NCBI GenBank assembly: GCA_951406725.2
Contig: OX597832.1
Coordinates: 32,240,001 to 32,304,000 of the forward strand
Direction: 5' to 3'
Source: Octopus vulgaris
Taxonomy: Eukaryota
DNA: 64,000 nucleotides
This document shows, piece after piece, positions 54,754-64,000 of this stretch. The notes under the pieces were generated by a model. It saw only the letters and a program-made list of their open reading frames with translations, had not been told where the DNA came from and searched no databases. Position 1 is the first letter of the stretch; each line of letters begins with the position of its first letter. A program made the translations under genes and the position numbers.

Positions 54754-56014
54754 ATAATTTGAACGCATCATTTCCGAGAGAGAATATAAAATATTTGCAG
54801 TGATATTTTCTTGAGTTAAACATTTTAATAAATATAACATTAACACTGGAATAAAATATCTTTGATTCATCGATACATCTGACGCAATACATTATGGTGA
54901 TTTATGCAAATATTTATGATAATTCACAATAATAATTTTCATTGAATTCCATTTAAATGCAAATGGGGTAGAAGACATCTTAACTCGGCAGTGGAACAAC
55001 GATATAATGTTTGCTAATTAACTAATCAAGATAATTAAATGGAAAAATTCCAGTTTACGCCGCAGATATCAGCAGTGACGCCGCAGCGAATTGCTGATCT
55101 CCTGTTCAAATCTATTTAATTAAACCTTTCGTCGACGGCCATCCAATCCTCTCCAGCGATTTTGTTTTTCTAGCTTTTCATTCATTATTAAGACAGTATT
55201 AGTGAGGAGACCAAATGAAACATAATTTTCGAAGGATTCGTCTGCTGTTTCCAACATTCTCGTTTTAGAGTCGCATTTACAGTTAATTACCGGTGTGACG
55301 AAGTTTTTGAATTATAAAGTGATTCGTTAGCTTTTGATTTGTAATCTCAGTGTAAGGTCGATAGCATTAGGACAGCCTCCGATATAGGAAGTACATTGCA
55401 TGTTCTCGAGAAGGAAATTGGCGCCAAAACCTCACTAAAATAGAAAAGAAAGATCTAAAAACACTCAGACACAGACGGACAGATCCGCGGCAAAATATGT
55501 ACTCATGGAAGAAATATCACCAAAATTACCGTTGTGCTGTGACCAATTTTTATCGGTCAGTTTCCAGGTTGTCTTCCTTGCTTAAAGTTTCATCAAATCA
55601 GTGGGTTTTAATTGTTATTTGTATTTTTGGAAGCCTCAACCACCATTTAAAGACTTATGTCCCTTGCACACATAAGTAGGAAGTGTGTTAACACGACTAA
55701 AGTAATGTAATTTATGATAATATATTTTAACTCTTAAAAAGGATTTGTGTGAACTTGTAGCAGTGAAATGATTATAGATTAATAAAGACAAAATGTTTAC
55801 ATTTAGTTTATGCATTGCATGTTAATAACGTCCCGGTGCTTGCTGCTTGTATTTTATAGCCATTAATAGCATTATCATGTATAATGATTACTAATAAATT
55901 ATGTTAATTATGTTAATTTATCAAGCCAGACCGCCCCCTTAAATTGTAACGCTGCCTTTGTGATTTCTAACGTCATCTTGAGGACGGTACTACCCATGAT
56001 GGGAATTTCTTTCT

Positions 56015-56538
56015 TGAAAATGGACATAAGTTGCAAATGTAGACTTATCATGTCTCTGCAGAGAAACGGATTAGGCCCCAATGACATTCACGCTGACACG
56101 GCTGCTACATTAGGGGATGACGCATCAGCTTTAACAACTGTGGAAAACACAAAAGCTGAATTTAGTAGGGAAAGGAATAGTTTTGAAGATGAGCCAGGCT
56201 TCAGACGTCCTGCACCTACCACCACAACCACAACCACCACCACCACCACAACCACCACCACCACATCAACCACCACCACCACCACCACCAGACACACGAC
56301 AGAAAAAAATACGAATTCTGTAGATGAGGTCAGAACAGTACTGGTGGAGTATTTTTTCGTCACGGACAAGTGAATTTTGGAAGGGGGACCTTGCAAGTCT
56401 ACCAGATAGATGGAAGAGCATTGTAGGAAATGAAGGAGAGTATATTTTAGATTTTAAAAAGAAGTTTGCTTATTTTAATTTTGAAAAATAGAAGAAGTAT
56501 AAAACAGCCGCACTATTTATGGAATGACCCAATACGTA
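56015..56538 (+). mobile_element. Mariner remnant, internally deleted (N-terminal HTH and 3' end)
   Basis: IMSLQRNGLGPNDIHADTAATLGDDASALTTV...AEFSRERNSFEDEP..RP matches the mariner N-terminus IH..L...G..A....TV..W...F..G..S.ED..RSGRP. Confidence 0.75.
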
Positions 56539-56770
56539 TGTATGTTATTTTGTTGGTATGTGTGTGCGTGTGTGTGTATCGCAGGATGCATAGCTTCACC
56601 TAATCATTCCGGCTCTCTGCACTCTGAGTTCGAATTACCAAGGCTCGATCTATAAAATACCAGTTCTATACTGCTTTCAATTCTTTCTTTCACTTTTTCA
56701 TTCTGCCTTTCTGTTCTCTTCCCCAGAAGAGAAATTGGACAGTTTGGACACACACCCACGTACACTCACG

Positions 56771-56856
<86 letters not shown>

Positions 56857-56904
56857 AACACATACACAATGTCGCTGTCTCACTCTCTTTCTCCGTATAT
56901 ATAT

Positions 56905-57275
56905 TGTACTTGTTTCAGTCATGAGACTGCGGCCATCCAGGGACGCGACCTTGGAAAATGTTAGCCGTGAGAATCGACTCTAATATATTTACTTTAAGCC
57001 AAGAAATTCATCTATCTATTTATCTATCGGTTGTTGTGCTGAAGCACTATGTTATGGGGGCGTAAACACACCAACACCGGTTGTCAAGCTGTGGCAGGAG
57101 ATAAACGCGGGCAGAGAGACTCACGTAGATATATAGGACGGGTTTATTATAGTTTCCGTTTGCCAAATCCCTTTGACACCCGAGACTTTTGTAAAAGACG
57201 CTTGTCGAGCATCCCATGCAGTGGGACTGAACACGGAACCATGTGGATTTTGAAGCGAACTTCTTATCACACAAC
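56905..57275 (-). mobile_element. SINE family B
   Basis: cttgtttcagtcatgagactgcggccat...gcagtgggactgaacacggaaccatgtgg. Confidence 0.8.
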
Positions 57276-58569
57276 CTGTGAATATAATTACGTCAAGATC
57301 TAATCTAAAATGTTTGTATTAAGTATTGCTTGGAAAAAGTATATGGAAAGTTGCTGTTAGTGAATGATGCTTGCATGTGTAGTCTGGTCCAATTTTTTGA
57401 GAAAGAGTGCATCTGTCCATGTAAACGAGTTATGCCTATCTAATCCACCGAAGTTTCCCCCGGAGAAAGGACTGATACAGCTTGGCAACATTTTCAACGC
57501 AGGCAAAAATCATATAGCTGGAAGTAATGGGGCAACGCATCTTTCGAAACATCTAACAGTGCTGTCAAGCTACACTCTAATAGGATATAAATTAAATTTG
57601 ATTTCGGTGGCATTTGAACTTAGAGCATAGAAAATTGAAAAGAATATGGAAGAGTATTCTATCCAACGTTCTAACCATGTGGCCATGTAGCCACCGACTT
57701 AAACATTGGTGTTTCCCATATTTATTTGTATGTATTGCATGTACTGTACAATAACAAGTTGAAATAATATAACGGATGAAGATTTCTGGATGCTTAGCAT
57801 CCGGAAAGCGTCATCCATTATAACATTTGCAATAACACAATGCTTCGCTTTGAAATGTGAAATATTTGCGAAGTTCTTGTTGAAGACTTTTATGGATAAG
57901 AACATCAATTATCTGATGTTTCGCATGATGTTTCAAAGAGTTTTACTAAAACAGTTCATCCGTACGTTTCTGAACAATGGGAATTGCTTCAAAGTATCTA
58001 TTGACGAGGGAGATTAATATTCTAAGAGCTTCGGCAAATAAATTTCTTGCATATTGGATATTTTATGCTGTTATAAACAACAGGCTTTCAATGTGGCCCC
58101 AAGGTAACACGTGGTGTTAATGTTGTTGTTATAGAGATCCAACAGATCCATGATCGATCTAACGTATGATCAAAGGTCTTCCAGCAGTGATTATCTCGTC
58201 GTATTTATCTAGAAATTCATCACACGATAAATCTTTGTTTTAAAATTCGAGGCTATATCTCTGCCAAAGTTAGTTGCTATATCTAGTAAATCTTGTAACC
58301 ACGCAGACGCACGCTCTTTGCTTCAGGAGCAATAGAGCTACAGTTAAACATGTTTATATTCTTATACAGAAGATGGCGCTAGGCATCACCTTTTTTTTTC
58401 TCGACTTCATTATTTTCTCCATGATGCAAGTAAATGCAAAGAAATAGATTCACGAGTGATCCACCAATTCTTGAACAAATTCATGTAGACTTATATGTTA
58501 TCTATCTATCAGTCTATCTACATATATGCATACATAAATATACACACACATATACACACACAATTACAC

Positions 58570-58627
<58 letters not shown>

Positions 58628-58659
58628 TGATGTACATATATGCAAATATAAAAAATATA

Positions 58660-58984
58660 TACGAATGTGGGTTGAAAAGGTTTTGGGCTCACTACGAATG
58701 AGTTATGCTAGAACGGTAAAAATCTCTCCTTATTAAAACCTGCACAGTTTCTTTGCAAGTAAACTGATATTCAAGCGTTCAAAGATGACTTAGAAATAAT
58801 TGGAGGCGACCTCTTTTTAAAAAATGGTCAAAAGTTTGGTATGGTAGTCTTCTCAAATCCCTGCAGAAAAAGGGGTTAAGCCCGTAAGTAATTCATGCTG
58901 ACATGGCTGTTACATTAGAAGATGACGTTTCCCCGGTTTATCAACAATGCTAAAGTGGGCCACTGACATTAGGGGAGGAAGGAA
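58660..58984 (+). mobile_element. Mariner 5' fragment (left end and HTH)
   Basis: tacgaatgtgggttgaaaagg mariner-like end. KSLQKKGL..IHADMAVTLEDD...KW is homologous to 56050-56170. Confidence 0.65.
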
Positions 58985-59595
58985 ATCAAACATCCGGTCA
59001 ACATCATGGTGTTTGGAGTGATCACTAGTGATGACGACGGTGTACCTCCATTCATCTTCTCACAGGGCCTCACACTCAACACGGAGGCCTACATCAATTG
59101 TCTAGAGGAGGTAGTGGTGCCCTGGGTGAAGCGGGGTGCCTGCTAGAAGATCTTATTCCTGGCAACACAACTCTGCCCCATGCCATACGAGCAGGAGAAA
59201 CCAGTCATGGCTGTCAGACAGTCTATGCGACCATGCCATCCCTAACATCTGCCACCTAACTCCCCAGATAGAAACCCTTTTGATTATTATATGTAAGACA
59301 CAGTTGAGCAAGAGACCAACAAAACTTGTAACACTAAAGACGAACTGAGGGCAAAGATCATGGTAGCATTCACCAACTTAAACAAGGAGACCGCCCAGAA
59401 GAGTTGCAGGAGATTCCGAAGTCGTCTGGAGGCCGTGGTGGTTGAAGTTAATGAAGAGTTTATTGCATAAATTTACTCTTCAGTATTTGAATGTATTTTT
59501 ATGTAATTTTGATAAATATATCTGTGGAAATGACATGTCAGTGTTGTTTTCATTTTTGTGTAATTTAGACGACAAAATATTCACCGCACCCTGTA
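58985..59595 (+). mobile_element. Tc1/maT-like transposase remnant with right terminal repeat
   Basis: KHPVNIMVFGVITSD...PPFIF..GL.LNTEAYI..LEEVVVPW; WQHNSAPCHTS; PNSPD.NP.DY. Ends caccgcaccctg|ta. Confidence 0.85.
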
Positions 59596-59649
59596 TACAT
59601 ACGTACATACATAGATACATACATACATACGTACGTACATACATACATG

Positions 59650-59722
<73 letters not shown>

Positions 59723-60514
59723 TGTATATATATATGTGTGTGTGTGTGTGTAGCCATTCCCCCCAATTCAGATTATATTTATGAGATTCCTTATGGTTTG
59801 TAGATTCTGATCTTTTGATCTAGATTGCATTTAAAATTGTGAATATATTTACGTAAGAAATGTATATGTTTTTAAAATCCGATCATACATATGATTTTTT
59901 ACAGTAAATTCAGATCATGTTTAGAAACACTTTTCCACGCGTAAACATTTTTCAGATCGCATTTAAAATCACAACTATACTTACTTAAAAACACTCTTGC
60001 AAAAACGTAGCGAAACACGGCTAACTCAAAAAACATCAGGGATTTTAAATTAAGACATTGACCGCATCCATACAACCATTCTCCCCCCACCCCACTTACA
60101 TTAATGAATACAAAAGAATAAATAAAAACAAGACCTTGCAATGTAATTATAATTATTACTGGAGAAAACCAAAACCAACATTTGGTTTTTCCAATTGGAA
60201 ACTTTGACCACTTGACTACAAAAATACCTTTTACCCCCCCCCCCAAGAAAAAATTATCACAAAGTGGAAAACAAACAACAATGAAACATGCCTCACCACG
60301 TTGATACAAAAGCCACACCTCCTTTACTTCCCCCAACCTCTCAAACTTCTTTCCTCTTTCTTTTCCCGTCCTTCACAAACCCCCAAAACACACTCCTACT
60401 TACTTTCCTCTTCTCTATATTCACTCTCTCCCATTCTCTCCTCCTCTGTCAGCCGTGCACATTATTTTCTAATTTGTTCCTCTGTCTCTCCTTCTTCCCC
60501 CCTCTCTCTCTCCG

Positions 60515-60781
60515 ATGGCCATGCTAGAGCACCACTTTTTGTCGAACAGATCGAACCCTGGACTTCTTTGTAAGCTTAGTACTTATTCTATCGGTCTCTT
60601 TTGCCTAACCACAAAGTTTCGGGACGTAAACACACCAACATCGATTGTCAAGTGATTTGGGGGGGAACAACCACAGACACACAGATACATACACACACAC
60701 ACACATATATATATACATATATACAGGCATATGTATGTATCTATATATATGTATTCATACATAGAAACACTCAAACACACA

Positions 60782-60834
<53 letters not shown>

Positions 60835-60965
60835 CACCAAATCGACTCACAAGGCTTTGGTCGGGCAGAGGCAATACTAAAAGACAGCTGCCCCAAAGTG
60901 GGACTGAACTCAGACCATACGGTTGGGAAGCAAGGTACTTACCACACAGCCACTCCTGCACCTAT
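60515..60965 (-). mobile_element. SINE family B with expanded internal TA tract
   Basis: ggccatgctagagcacc...gggacgtaaacacaccaacatcg...cttaccacacagccactcctgcacct. Confidence 0.82.
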
Positions 60966-61355
<390 letters not shown>

Positions 61356-62334
61356 TACGTATTTATGTGTACGTATGTTTTTATGACATATGTCTCGTAT
61401 ATTAATATGTGAGACTGCACAAAATACTTTCATGTCAAAACGGTTGGTGTTTTACTTACTCCCGTTTATCATCTCTTGTTTTGACAAGTTCCATTTCTGT
61501 TAATATCAACCATATTAGCTAATCATTATTGATTTAATAACACACATTTTTCATACATTATACATGTTTCGTTTCTCATACAGATTTCCTTCCCTTTGTC
61601 TATATATATATATGTGCGCGTGTGTGTGTTTATGTCTATCTCCCTCTGTATATTTAGATATAATTTTATCTCTAGATGTATATCTATCTACATATGTTTT
61701 GGTATTTCACATAGACATACAAATTATATCTTATCTATATCTATCTTTGTGTTGATATATATTTATATATATATATATATATGATTGTATATATATATGT
61801 GAGTGTGTTAGTATGTACACACACACGACGTACACATGCTTATGCACACAAGCACACACACACAGAAATACACACACACACACAGATATACATACAGACG
61901 CATGTATGAATGCCTGTGAGTATATTTGGATATACTACTGTTTGTGCATCGGTATTTTTTTAGCTCCCGTTCGACGTAGTTCTTAATAAAGAGTGACGCC
62001 ATTAAGATAAGATTAGAGAAAGAGAAGAAAGAAAAAAATAAAGAAGGAAAGAAACCAACGAAGGAAGAAAAGAGAGCCAGAATCTCATTTTATATCAATT
62101 TAGTAGAGATATCTTCTGATAAGTAATATAATAGTTTAGCTTTTATGGTTTTCTTTTCGCCGTTGTGTGTCATTTCCTTGTGATTAGTCTGACGCGAGGT
62201 GTGGAGTAATGAGCGCTCTGATGGTTAATTTTCGCTTCTCCTTTTTCTTGGCTTTTACCACGGTTTCCCCTTTTTGCTTCTTGTTTATCCTGCATCGTCT
62301 TCCCGTTATTAAAGTAGTATTTTTACCTAAAACA

Positions 62335-62413
<79 letters not shown>

Positions 62414-62928
62414 GTGTGTTGTGTGTGTATGTATGAAGCATAATTTAATAAGTACATCCTTTAAAGGTGTGTAACGTTTTTGTCATTAGGAATGGTGCTG
62501 TAATTCTTCTTGTTGCTATTTGTGTATTTCGTTTTCGTTATTCTTACATTTACGATGGATCACAATCAATTAATATTATTTCTTCTGATATAAGATAAAA
62601 TAGAATAAAAAATGACAAAACATAACAACAAAAACATACAATAGACACTAAAATCCATTATCTTAATGGACTCTATTTTCATATCCTCTTTCCTTCCTCC
62701 TTCGTTTATGATTCATTCTCTCCTTCTTTCGTCTTATACATTTCATTTATGCTCAATTCATTCTCTCCACACCTCTCTCTCTCTTTTTCTTTCTCACCGA
62801 CGTCATTCCTTTTGCGTGTGTACTCGTGAATAAAGTATTTTGCCTTTTAAATGTTGAATAAAATTCGCTCCTGTTTTTGTCTTTAATTATCTGCTAAATT
62901 TTTAAATTAACCGAACACAAATGTTTGC

Positions 62929-62976
62929 ATGACTGAATGACCGAATGACCGAATGACCGGATGACCGAATGACTGA
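62929..62976. repeat. 6 x 8-bp tandem repeat ATGACCGA
   Basis: atgactga atgaccga atgaccga atgaccgg atgaccga atgactga. Confidence 0.9.
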
Positions 62977-63429
62977 ATTGATAAAATATCTCGGCATACT
63001 TTCGAAGAATCATCGTACATCCATTGACGTTGATTACTCTGAAAAGATGTGTCAGTAAACTTGTTAATTAATTAGTTGAACTTGCTATATACACATCAAT
63101 TATTGTCACATGCAGAAGAGGCTTGGACATGCAAAAGTGTTTTGGTTTTGCTCTAGGTTTCAGGTTCAATACTAACCCAGGACATTTAGATCTGATTACT
63201 AGCTTCTCTAAGCGGTTTGTGTCTCGCATCTGTTTGATTACGATGGACTATGTAGTTGTGGCAAGTATACAATGTGGACATAGTTGCCAACAATAATATG
63301 GAAGGTAGAACAATAATTTCTATGTTTATTATGAAAACGATAATAATGTTCTTTAGATAGAGCATAAACCGTTGTAGCATCAGCAGCACCGGTTGGTGCA
63401 TTCGTAGTGGTGCACAGAATGAAATAAAC

Positions 63430-64000
63430 ACAACGATATGAAAAATAAACAAAACAAAAAACAGAAAGACTAACTGCAGCAAGTGAGAAAAATATTGGTT
63501 TCAAACCTGAATGCCAGACACAAAATTTAGGGAATAAACTCGGGCGCAATAGCCGTAGTTTGGTAGAACACTGGAACCCTGAATTGGACAGAAGAGGAGC
63601 TAAAGGAGTTGGACAAGAAGACAAAAGATCCTTAACGATGCATAGGGGCCATCAATCACATGCAGACACTCATACATGAAGAGAACAAATAGAGGAAGGG
63701 AACCGTTAAATGTGGAAGATTGAATACGTATTGAACTCGAGAGTTAAATGAAATGCCTGTCGCAAGTAAGGAAGCCTTACTGGTGTCAGTTAGGGATGAG
63801 GGAGTATTGAAAGGGGAGGGAAAATAAATGAAGTACAAAAAGGACATAAAGAAGCATTAGGCAAAGTGGGATCACACAATCAATTCCATGAAGCCACAGC
63901 AAAAGTTGCTGGATAACATTTGTGGGGTTGGCTGAGAAAGGAACCCTGAACAAAGAAACTAAGAGCACCATACTAGCAGCACAAGACCAAAATTTGGCCG
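63430..64000 (+). mobile_element. R4/Dong-clade fragment (post-RT region), runs off the window end
   Basis: KILVSNLNARHKI.GINS.AIAV..NTGTLNWTEEELKELDKKT..LTMH..H..AD; GWLRKGTLNKET.STILAAQDQ. Confidence 0.82.

Overview
Eukaryotic, AT-rich, gene-poor DNA packed with microsatellites. The tRNA-derived SINE families and repeat landscape resemble octopus (coleoid cephalopod) genomes; this is an inference from recalled repeat sequences, not a database result. I found no convincing host protein-coding exon, rRNA, tRNA or known miRNA. Nearly all ORFs in the supplied track are translated microsatellites. The window is an intron or intergenic mosaic of several SINE families and decayed retroelements: five R4/Dong-like fragments, a ~2.8 kb Penelope-like element, and RTE and CR1-like 3' ends. 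It also holds DNA-transposon remnants (mariner, maT/Tc1, pogo-like end, a MITE and a non-autonomous Helitron). The most unusual structures are: (1) a near-perfect 367-bp fold-back with 176-bp arms at 29438-29804; (2) an 11-unit tandem array of a SINE's 5' promoter head at 4991-5340; (3) a cluster of nested inverted repeats with a 70-nt hairpin at 53162-54246; and (4) SINEs sharing a head or core but carrying swapped tails. Nothing here establishes a new biological system; these are leads to test.
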